DNA of 64,000 bases from a virus (Duplodnaviria; Heunggongvirae; Uroviricota; Caudoviricetes). The DNA lies in the IMG/VR virus record IMGVR_UViG_3300035696_001272; one strand, written 5' to 3'. This document shows positions 50,072 to 60,200 of the stretch, piece by piece (positions within the stretch are counted from its first letter, which is position 1; every line of letters starts with the position of its first letter). The translations under genes and the position numbers were made by a program. A model generated the notes under the pieces. It did no database searches. It had not been told where the DNA came from and saw only the letters and a program-made list of their open reading frames with translations.

Positions 50072-53000
50072 CAGCTATCCTTAGAATCGTTAACGTAATA
50101 ATCAATAGTAGCTCTAGTATCGACGTATTTTTTACGGAAGATCTAACTCAAAATTTGGTTCCAGCTAACGTTTCCATACTTTCACAAACTGCTAATGTGC
50201 CTGATTCACAGGTTTTACAGGTTACTGTAAGTACCAATGTCTTATCTATTACCTGTCAACCGTTGATTCCATACGCAGCCTACTATTTACAATTTCAGTC
50301 AACACCCAACAATCCGTTCATCTCAGTTAATGGCGATGCCAAAATTTCTCAAGATGGAGTTTCTAACAAATTCCTAATCACTGGTCCATTACAGTCAGAT
50401 AATCCAGTCATGGATTACTTGCAATCCTTTTATCAGAATAACATTTATAATGCCAGTGATACCACTACTATAATCAATGGATATCTACAATCTATCGCTG
50501 TCAACTTTTCCAGAGCCCTTTATGATATTAGACAGAGTAAAAATGAAAACTATCTGTCATTCACAGTAATTGATGAATTACACACCAGAGGAGAAGGTGC
50601 TTTTGACAGATTGTATGAAGAGGCTGCCTATGATATTTTTAGAGTTGGTTATGCGCCAACCAATGCAGCCGTAAATACATCTTTCGTCTTTACTGACTTT
50701 CCATACTTTCCAGTTACATTGCAGAGACAAATAGTTACAGAAGCCAGTGTGCCAAGCTCCAATAATGAAAATGGCACTTTCAATATAAACACGCTAACTT
50801 TCAACCTAAAGAATAATCCAGTCACTAAAGTTGATAGCATAGTGTTTACTCTAACTACTGCAAATCCTGTCTATACCTACAACATTCAAGATCTAGGATA
50901 TCAACTCTTAGACTCTACATTCGACCAGGCTTATGCGTCTAGCTATTTATTGTTGGAACCTAATCAAGTTAGGTTGAATAGCGCTATTTTGCAGGACCCA
51001 AATTTTTCACTGGATCAAATTTTCAGCATTACTATTCAATACGAGTATAAAGAACTTGGTATTGAAGTGGACGAAACCACGGTAGAGGTTTTTACTACAC
51101 TACAATCTGTAAGAGAAGTTCTGCCACCAATTATCAACATCTTCAGTTTGCAGCACGCTCCAATAACGGACGCCAGTAACAATATTCCGACACTTGGTGG
51201 AGTGGTATTCACAGATCCAAACTCTAATACCGGCGCACCACATCCAGCTTTTATAACTGAAATTCCATTCAGTTTGAGTGCATTACCATCTGTACCAGGA
51301 ATCTATTCTATAGATTATCCTACAGCAACAGTTTATGTATACGGCGCAAGCTCAACCAATGATGGTACAGGCCCATCTCCCCCACTAGCTACCTATTACT
51401 ATAGATTTACCTATGTTTCGCAGGTCGATTATGTATACGATCCCGATTCATTGGAGCTTGTAGCGTTGCCACTTGGTAACTTACTAAACTCCCCTGGCAC
51501 CATCAATTTCAACTACGAACAGGTTCTAGTTCCTGGCGTCGATTATGTAGCCGATTCCCACATTGAATCCATCAATGAAAGAATTCTAAATAATCTAAAT
51601 GCGCTCAATGAACTAACTACCCAAAACTCTCCAATCACTAATGTGTTTCAAATTTATAATGAAACTTCTGGAGAAATTTATCTATTGGATAGATGGAACG
51701 ACAATAAAGTCTACTTCAAGTTCAATAAGCCGCCCCGTGTTTTGCAGGAAGTTGGGGAAAGAGCTACTTTTGCAACCGTTTCAAATGAATTGCTAGGAAT
51801 CAATGCTACATCAACTAACGGTGGTGGCGTTAGGATTTTTACTATCTTCTTAGCCAATAACACAATCATCAACTCTTCACAGGACGGCATTGCCGCTTCC
51901 TTTAATACCAGTTTGATCTTCACTGACGGTAATGTATTCGTTACTGAAATTTGGTATGATAGAGAGTTCGACGCTGCCTTCAATATAAACAAATTATCTG
52001 TTGGTCAATATACTGTTGACTATGAGAATGGCATCATCTACGTAGCCGTTTCTAATACACAAGACAATGACATAGGCACTGCTACATATAAAATGGATAG
52101 CATTGTACCTGACTTCCCACATATTATTAGCGTAGACGATATTTACTATCAAATCAGTGTTCTCAATCCAAAGAACAAACAGTTTTCTTACATATCATTT
52201 ACAGATGGCGCCATAGTTCCAGCTAATTTAGATGTTTCGGACGAAGCTTACCTCAACAATGTTACATCATCTCCATTTCAATTAATCAATGGAATGGTGG
52301 GAGCTTTCGTAGATGGCACATTTGTACCTGGTGTAACTTACGCCGTCAAATTTGTACGTAGCGTGTACGAGTTTAATGATCTAACTCACAACACTAACCC
52401 TATCAACTTTGCTTTCGTCAGTACTAGCAATAATTTTAACATCACAGTTGGTTCTATTAACAAACAATCTTTTGAGAGCGTGCAGTTTGATGGAACTAAT
52501 TATTTCATTACACTAAATGAAAATATTCCTTACTTATCTCCGGACATTCAGTACACATTTAGTGTGGTCAGAGTTTCAGACTCTCAACAACTTTGGAATG
52601 GTTCTGGAACTATAGTTCCTGGTAACCCGCTCAAGTTGATTTTGCCTGGAATAGGATCTCCACATCTTGGCGATCTAGTTGATGTTACCTATTCTTTTAC
52701 CATTAGCCAAGCTGCCAGAGTAATTGTGGATTATAACAAGGGAGATTTCTTTGTTGATTACACCTATTTGGCTGATGAAATTTTGGTTAGCTACGAATAC
52801 GGTGATAACGTACTAGATTTCAGTCAGAACACCAATCTACCTACTGGAACACAGTATTATGTTTCCTACAAAGCTGGTGCTCTACGTGATGCCTTGCTAC
52901 AAAACTTTGGAACACTCGTTAACGTACCTGACTTGTCAACCTTTGATTTGAGCCTAAATAGAGAGCGTTATCGTGAAGCCCTGCAAGCCGCACTATCCTC

Positions 53001-56000
53001 CTTTATTCAAGGACCAACAGTTGCTGCTATTAAGAATTTGGTACAGATAATTACCCACATAGAACCTCAACTAATTGAATCAGCATTTGAGGCTTGGTCA
53101 CTGGGTAGTGGATTACTATTCCCGGCCGGTATACAAACAACTGGAAGTTTTCAATTATTGTCGGCACATTTTGGTAATGGTGTTTTGATTGATCAGCCCG
53201 ATCAAACCATAACCATGCCAATCAATTCAAATATTAGATTGGAAGAGGGCACCTTTGAAACTTGGGTTTTGCCACAGTGGAATGGTTTGGATAATGATGC
53301 CGCTCTCACGTTCACCATTACTAGAAACAATTTACCTATTGACGCATTCAGAGTATTTATTGGTGGTTCGGAATATCACCCAACCATTACTAATGGCTCT
53401 TTTACAATTACTAAACAGTCTAACGTAACCGGAAATCCAAATACGAATAAAGACGGCATCTTCATTTATTATGCTAATGACATGTCTGGAAATTTCCAGC
53501 GTTGGTACCTAGAGGTCATCGATGGCTATGTGTCTCCTAACAATAATACTTACAAATTCACAATTGCCTCCAGTGGTAAATTCTATGATGTTAAACCTCT
53601 TAGTGTCGTTAAGCCAGCTAACATGACTACCTTTACCGGTACCAACAAAGTCACCATGACAATTACACCGCTCATGGATGGCTATGGTATCGATGAAGGA
53701 TTAACTTTCATATCAGATCTAGAACATTACATCTTAGATTTTGGTTTGGAACAGGATAGAAGCAGATTCTCTATTTACAAAGATCCTAGTGGATATTTGA
53801 ACTTCCGAGTTTATGGAAGAGATCGCAAAATGTATATGGTCAGTGCCGATGTTTCATCTTGGAAAGTCAACCAAGCACACATGGTTGGTGCATCGTGGAA
53901 ACTCAATACTAGAAATAACCGTGATGAGATGCACCTCTTCGTAGACGGCCTAGAAGTACCAAACATTATAAAATACGGTCAAAAGCTACAACCGTATCTG
54001 CATGAGAAGTTCAGGACTGTCGATCCAGAAGAGGTTGTGGGATTGGCTACCCGAGACATTGTTGGTTCCGACGATTTAGTTACTACAGCTGGCAGTCCGG
54101 TTGTAACTTCTAGTATAAACTTTAGCGCATTCCATATCTTCGTGGGCGATCCTATTTTCATCAATGAAACTGGATTTTCTACAACGGGCTACACGATTGA
54201 ATCTATCAACGGACAGACGCTATCTCTTAATGCTCCTATGCCATTGAGTTTAACCAATGGTAAGTTCTCTGTCAATCAAACTCAATATTTTATCACTTCA
54301 GAAATTAACATCGTACCAAATATTGCCGTTTCCACTATTCACACATTCATAGAAGGTAGTGATTTATCAGGAACAGCAGGTAGCCCTAATGTTTCCTCTG
54401 GAACTAATTTTACAACCAGTGGTGTTGAACCTGGGTACTCAATTAGAATCGTAGATGGATACTCATCACCAGTTGTCTATACAATTGTACAGGTAGCTGG
54501 CAATACTCTTACCATTACAGATTCTTTACCAGTTAATCTGTTGAATGCGACATACTATATCTATTCTAATACTGAAAATGAAATACCTGGCGTCCGTGCC
54601 CTTGATCCTGCCTATAGTATTAGTCAAGATGCTAACTTCGATAACGTACTAACTATTTTCAATGATGTATTCGCTAATGATTTAATTCTTGTTAGAACTT
54701 TGGGCCTTAACTTCCGTGATATCAGCAAACAGTATTATGTTTGGAGCAACCAGGTGGAAAATGTTTTAATGACTCAACTACCTCCTCCAATTGATTTGGA
54801 TCAGGCGGACATCACTAGGATCATTTTACCATCTGTAGCTATTGGACCGGCCAATTCTACTTTGATTAGTGGAGTATTCGTTTCCAACCAACTGCCGACT
54901 GCACAGCCTTCCAATTCACAAACTGGTAGAAGCATTCAAGCCACAATTAGTGGAACTAATGTTGACTTTACCACCCCAGTTGAAGTTACTATTCATGGTG
55001 TGACTGGTATCACCACAATTACTGAAACTATTACATTTACCGATTATGGCACTTTAAATTTTGCTAACCTATATGTTCAAGTCGACTACATACAAGTAAA
55101 TGCCAAACCACTCAATTCATCTAAAAATGTTTTAGCTATTGTTGTTGAAGAAAGATATCCTATCACCTACAGTGAATTCGATGAATTGGTTCCAGTGGTT
55201 AGATATAGCTATCCAATTAATGCTGGTTACAATTTACAAACAGATGGTTATGATGGTTACAGTTTCGTTAGAGACGGATACAACTTCTTTAGCGGACTTG
55301 ATATTGGTAATTATTTGGTTATCAATTCACCAGCTTCGGTGGCAGGTTATTACATAATCACCGGATTGTCAACTGATAGACATGGTATCAGTATACAGTC
55401 AACTGTTGCATCTGTCCCAACTCCTTTGCCGCAATTTACAAATGGAGTTTATCAAGTACTTAATGTGACTGCGTACCGCAGTGGATTGCAAAACGGATTC
55501 TTTACTTTGGAAATGTCTGATTTGCCTGGCCAGCCTTATTTCTTAGATCAGGGAACGTATGAATTAGATTATTCGACTTATGCTAGCATAAAGTTTGATC
55601 ATCTCAATGGCAACATCTACTTTGGTAGTGATTTCATGGGCAACAATCAAGCTAATTCAATTTTGAACCAGGCAATTAGCTATTCTATCATGTTGACTGA
55701 TACACGAATTGGAGAAGTAGTAATGGCTAATAGTTTATCTATTACCAAAGACTATAACTCACTAACTCCTATTCAGCCGAATGCCAATATTTTGTTCCTG
55801 ATTAGCTTTAATAATTTTCCGTTCACTAACAGTGCTAGCTTTTATTCTAACACGAACGATGACCATATGCACTTCCAATCTGATTGGGTTGTTAACGATA
55901 ATTTCGGACAGAGCATAGTAATACTGGACGAACCTATTTTAGTTCCTAATACCGGAATACTTGATACTAGAAAACAAGGCACCATTGAATTCTGGATGAG

Positions 56001-57222
56001 CCCAATATTTGATACTGCTAATGATCCTAATGTTAGATACTATTTCGATGCCTACGGGGCTGTTGTAGAAGAGGTTACCAGTGTCAGTAACGTAGCTGTC
56101 AAAGTATCAACACCGGCCAGCCAAATTTTGAAAGTCACTCTAACCAACGGTAACCAGAAGATTGATTATTTTGCTGGTGGTAAGCTAGAAATAGATACTC
56201 AAAATGCTATTCAAGAAGATAGCGTCAGTATTGGTACCAGCACAGTTATCGTGTCGGAACCAATTCTACAAGTGATTACAGTAAAAATAGCTGGAGACTT
56301 TACAGGAACAGACTATTTCGATGGTGGATCAATTGGTACTGATATGAAAACAATCTACTTGGGTAAAGTGTTACCAGTCCCAAATTTGAATTTGATTGTG
56401 ACATATCAGAGTACTCTTAACCAGAATACACATTTTAATACGCAAGTCATTAGACTCAATAGAGCACTACCGGCACAAAATTCTCAAGTAACAGTCACTT
56501 ACATACCAAGCGGTTTGCAGGGAGACAGAATATCTATATTTAAAGATGAATACGGTTACATAAACTTCGGGATTATAGCTTCTGGTACCGATTTCGTAAT
56601 CCGAGCACCAACTCGTTGGGCAAGAAATACCTGGCATAGGGTCAAAGCTAGCTACATGATAAATGGTGGTATGGGCAATGACGAAATGAGACTGTTCCTC
56701 GATGGATATCAATATACTGATGTCCTGTTCGGTTCAGGTCTAATCTTTGGAAAGTTTCCATTTGTCATGGGTCAAGTTAACGTTGGTGATGGTTATGCTT
56801 TGATTAGTAGTATTACCTTCAAGGACCCAATTAATGATTTGTTTATTGGAACTGATTATACACAATCAAATCCAATCTTCACTTTACTGGATAATTTCCG
56901 AATCAGCAACATCTCTCGTCCAATTTATGCACCTTATGGTGAGCCAATTGATGTCAACTACAGCAACAACTTGAGTACTGTCTTCCCAGTGACAGCAGAC
57001 TTGTATACTACGTACCTGATGAATTTCGATACAATGATCGCTCTAAATACCAATTTTGCTACGTTAGTTGATAGAGAAACTGGTGCTTTTGATTTTACCC
57101 TTAATATCTTCGATTCTTTTGGTATAGTTAGTAGTAGTGCCCAAGTACAACAAGTATTGGAAAACCTTATTAATATCCTGAAACCAGCAACCAGTCAGGT
57201 GTTTATTAAGTATATTACCTGA
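50068..57222 (+). CDS. Giant baseplate wedge protein (gpI/gp7-like) with LamG/ConA-like domains, 2384 aa
   Basis: ERYREAL...QGPTVAAIKNLV and terminal LINILKPATSQVFIKY; LamG-like GTFETWV/GTIEFWM, WHRVKASY...MRLFLDG, LDNFRISN; ATGA overlap with J; 8 DGY. Confidence 0.72.
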   Translation: MTAILRIVNVIINSSSSIDVFFTEDLTQNLVPANVSILSQTANVPDSQVLQVTVSTNVLSITCQPLIPYAAYYLQFQSTPNNPFISVNGDAKISQDGVSNKFLITGPLQSDNPVMDYLQSFYQNNIYNASDTTTIINGYLQSIAVNFSRALYDIRQSKNENYLSFTVIDELHTRGEGAFDRLYEEAAYDIFRVGYAPTNAAVNTSFVFTDFPYFPVTLQRQIVTEASVPSSNNENGTFNINTLTFNLKNNPVTKVDSIVFTLTTANPVYTYNIQDLGYQLLDSTFDQAYASSYLLLEPNQVRLNSAILQDPNFSLDQIFSITIQYEYKELGIEVDETTVEVFTTLQSVREVLPPIINIFSLQHAPITDASNNIPTLGGVVFTDPNSNTGAPHPAFITEIPFSLSALPSVPGIYSIDYPTATVYVYGASSTNDGTGPSPPLATYYYRFTYVSQVDYVYDPDSLELVALPLGNLLNSPGTINFNYEQVLVPGVDYVADSHIESINERILNNLNALNELTTQNSPITNVFQIYNETSGEIYLLDRWNDNKVYFKFNKPPRVLQEVGERATFATVSNELLGINATSTNGGGVRIFTIFLANNTIINSSQDGIAASFNTSLIFTDGNVFVTEIWYDREFDAAFNINKLSVGQYTVDYENGIIYVAVSNTQDNDIGTATYKMDSIVPDFPHIISVDDIYYQISVLNPKNKQFSYISFTDGAIVPANLDVSDEAYLNNVTSSPFQLINGMVGAFVDGTFVPGVTYAVKFVRSVYEFNDLTHNTNPINFAFVSTSNNFNITVGSINKQSFESVQFDGTNYFITLNENIPYLSPDIQYTFSVVRVSDSQQLWNGSGTIVPGNPLKLILPGIGSPHLGDLVDVTYSFTISQAARVIVDYNKGDFFVDYTYLADEILVSYEYGDNVLDFSQNTNLPTGTQYYVSYKAGALRDALLQNFGTLVNVPDLSTFDLSLNRERYREALQAALSSFIQGPTVAAIKNLVQIITHIEPQLIESAFEAWSLGSGLLFPAGIQTTGSFQLLSAHFGNGVLIDQPDQTITMPINSNIRLEEGTFETWVLPQWNGLDNDAALTFTITRNNLPIDAFRVFIGGSEYHPTITNGSFTITKQSNVTGNPNTNKDGIFIYYANDMSGNFQRWYLEVIDGYVSPNNNTYKFTIASSGKFYDVKPLSVVKPANMTTFTGTNKVTMTITPLMDGYGIDEGLTFISDLEHYILDFGLEQDRSRFSIYKDPSGYLNFRVYGRDRKMYMVSADVSSWKVNQAHMVGASWKLNTRNNRDEMHLFVDGLEVPNIIKYGQKLQPYLHEKFRTVDPEEVVGLATRDIVGSDDLVTTAGSPVVTSSINFSAFHIFVGDPIFINETGFSTTGYTIESINGQTLSLNAPMPLSLTNGKFSVNQTQYFITSEINIVPNIAVSTIHTFIEGSDLSGTAGSPNVSSGTNFTTSGVEPGYSIRIVDGYSSPVVYTIVQVAGNTLTITDSLPVNLLNATYYIYSNTENEIPGVRALDPAYSISQDANFDNVLTIFNDVFANDLILVRTLGLNFRDISKQYYVWSNQVENVLMTQLPPPIDLDQADITRIILPSVAIGPANSTLISGVFVSNQLPTAQPSNSQTGRSIQATISGTNVDFTTPVEVTIHGVTGITTITETITFTDYGTLNFANLYVQVDYIQVNAKPLNSSKNVLAIVVEERYPITYSEFDELVPVVRYSYPINAGYNLQTDGYDGYSFVRDGYNFFSGLDIGNYLVINSPASVAGYYIITGLSTDRHGISIQSTVASVPTPLPQFTNGVYQVLNVTAYRSGLQNGFFTLEMSDLPGQPYFLDQGTYELDYSTYASIKFDHLNGNIYFGSDFMGNNQANSILNQAISYSIMLTDTRIGEVVMANSLSITKDYNSLTPIQPNANILFLISFNNFPFTNSASFYSNTNDDHMHFQSDWVVNDNFGQSIVILDEPILVPNTGILDTRKQGTIEFWMSPIFDTANDPNVRYYFDAYGAVVEEVTSVSNVAVKVSTPASQILKVTLTNGNQKIDYFAGGKLEIDTQNAIQEDSVSIGTSTVIVSEPILQVITVKIAGDFTGTDYFDGGSIGTDMKTIYLGKVLPVPNLNLIVTYQSTLNQNTHFNTQVIRLNRALPAQNSQVTVTYIPSGLQGDRISIFKDEYGYINFGIIASGTDFVIRAPTRWARNTWHRVKASYMINGGMGNDEMRLFLDGYQYTDVLFGSGLIFGKFPFVMGQVNVGDGYALISSITFKDPINDLFIGTDYTQSNPIFTLLDNFRISNISRPIYAPYGEPIDVNYSNNLSTVFPVTADLYTTYLMNFDTMIALNTNFATLVDRETGAFDFTLNIFDSFGIVSSSAQVQQVLENLINILKPATSQVFIKYIT

Positions 57223-57230
57223 GAGAAGCA

Positions 57231-60200
57231 ATGACAAAACGCGCCCCAGTATCAGTACAAAGACCAATTTGGTATGATTCACAGCAGGTGGATGAAACAG
57301 ATATGAATTCTGAGCAGACCGCCAATGTTACCATTGAGTCTTCTACTATCGATAATCATGTTGGTAACGGCGTTTTGCCAGAAGACCTGGTAAATCATGT
57401 ACTTTTCGATTCCTCTCTGGCCGTAGGATTCTTGGACGGTTTGGCTATCCAAACACAAAGTCAGCCTTCTGATAACAACTTTGGTAACCAGCTAGCCATC
57501 ACTCTGAGCAATTCAACGGCTTCGGGTAAACGTCAAGTCAAGGTATGCGTCATTGGATTGGATTTTAACAGCGCTCTCCAATATGAAGAGTTTTACTTTG
57601 AGACCAATGAGACACAGGTAAGTAGACGTCACTTTACTGAAATTTTGGTTCTTCTATTTAATGACTTCATTGGCGATCCTGATCTGTCTTTTAATTTAGG
57701 TGGTCGAATTGTTATTTCTGAAGCTAGTCCAATGACTCTTTCTAGAGATGTCATTATGATCGCTCAAGATCAACAGCCTAATCTATTTTTTAGAGACTTC
57801 TTCCTAGATCCTTCCATTAGCCAACTAACATTACAGGCAATGTTGCAAGCTGCAATGCCACTGTATAACGTAACCGATTTGAATATTTACACCGAGCCAT
57901 TGGATAACTTGGTTTTGTCAAGTGGAGATGTGACTACACAAATTGGCCAAAAGTTTCAAGCTACGACTAACAATATTGAGAAAGTAACTCTATTACTATC
58001 GGTCAGAAACCTTAGTGCAGGTCAACAAAATAATTTAGTCTGGACTGGCGATATCATAGTCAGCATTTATCCATTGCAGACAACAATAGATTGTCCAACT
58101 GATTTAGTACCAAATCAAGCAATTCAATTTTCGCCATCCAATATCCCAATTGCCCAAATCAGCTACAACTATAATAGTTTGCTAGCTGCTGGTACATTGT
58201 TGGATTCAGTTCCACAACCAGTAGATTTCGTATTCAGCAATAGCTCGGTAGCTGGCGGTAACGTAATGACCGTTGGACAGTATTACGCCGTTGCTATGAA
58301 GCGTTCTGGTGCGGCTAATCAGTGTGATATCCTATTGGCTGTAGGTCAGGACTTAGTTCCAAATTCTGAAATTACGACGTTCTCAGGTAATCTATGGGTT
58401 GATATTCCAGATGAAGACTTATGGTTCAGAATTTGGACAGATGCTGCTAAGGTATCTGATGGTCAAGCTTATGACCAGGGTAATGGAGTAATTATCCCAA
58501 AAACCACAACCGATCCAACCACACAAGCTACGATCGATTATATTTTCGGACAACAAGAATTCGTTGGCGGTGATGTTTTTAGTGCAGTACTGGCAGCCGT
58601 TACACAAGATTCTGATCCAGTACCCGATCAAAGAACTGGTAATCCGGTCGATTCTCGTCAACAGTTTGTTCCTCAAGTTACTTTATTGAATACCATTGAC
58701 GTTACTAATCTAGAAAATTCTTCCGAGCCACTTATTTTGGGAGCAATATCTGACAGGAACATCAAATTCTTCGATCCAAGTCAGGCTACAAGCAACGCTC
58801 CATTATTCAGTGCGACTATGGCTAAGGATGAGTTGCTCATTAGAATTGTAGAAGATCCTACTGATGCAGTCAGATTCAATACACAAGTCAATGCTTTGGT
58901 TACAAGTTTATTAAACGGTAACTTAGTTGGAGCAGAAATTATTCCAGATGCTAGCAAGCCAACCGCTTTCTATAGAATAGCTGGTGCCAGACTATGTTCC
59001 ATGATTGTGGGAGATGTTGATGGTAATGGTATTATCGATGATAACGATTTAAACTTACTCAATAGCTTTTTAGGTTACAACCTCAATGTTGGTTTGCCAG
59101 CCCACACAGTAATTACAACTGATGGTTACACCACAACTTTCACAAACGGTTACCAAACCCTAACTCAACCATTTTCTAACTTATTCAATATTAGTTTCCA
59201 ATTGATTGATCCAAACGATGGTTACGTGGTAGCTCATGGTAGTGATGGTGTATTGGTAGCCAATCCAACTGATCCAACATTAGCTCAATTTACTAGTGCC
59301 AGTGTATCATTCGTTGACATCATCGGTCTAAGCTCTTATAACTTAGTTATCCTAAGCAATGGGGCGAATGAAGCTGATTGGGGTGGTTGGGTAATTACTG
59401 CTTTAGATTCAACTGCAGACGTATTGACTCTTCAAAAGATCTACCTAACCGGTGACACTATTGCTCAAATGTTGAGAGCTGATATTGATGGTGATTTTGC
59501 TATTACTTTCTCTGATGGTTATCTGTTGGATAGCTACATCGAAAGAGTTCAAAATCCAGTTATTCCTCCTCCATTATATCCTGCTCCAACAACTAATCCG
59601 TATAATAAGATTGGTACTAGATTTAATGTAATTAGACTGAGACTAGAAGAATTTGTTGACAGAGCAGACGATTACGCTTCAGATCCAAATACACGTGCCC
59701 AATCCGTGCATCCAATACAAGACATCTTTGATGGTGATGGATATTTCGCCAGCCACAATTTCTATACTGGTCCATCCCAAATGATATTTATGCAGCAATT
59801 AATTTGGGATCCTACTTTGGTAGTAGCTAGCGCTCTGCCTAGACTTGTGCCAGCTGTATTTACTTCAGAGACTGGATTCGTGCAAAACTCTTGTACCATC
59901 GAGGGTGTTCAGTGCAACGTTTATCCAGTGGTACAGCCATTTGATCCAGGACGAGTTGACTTCTTCGTGCCAAATAATCTGATAATTGGAGAGGGTGGAG
60001 AACTTCAAAGACCAGATGGTGATTTCTATAAGGTAGACTTTGAAGTTGGAAGCATTGTTCTAGAGATTCCAGATGGATTATTTGGAACTGAAAGAACCAT
60101 CGATATTATGACAGACTTCATAGTTGACTATACTGGAAATGGTGCAACACGTCTAGGATTCCCTTCAATGAGATTCGCAGACTGTTCTTTCGTCACCGCC

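Noticed and set aside
12790-56060. D-x-Y-G variants (DAYG, DTYG, DEYG) as part of the DGY signal
   Set aside because: D-x-x-G is a common beta-hairpin turn and the counts are low; excluded from the 36 to stay conservative
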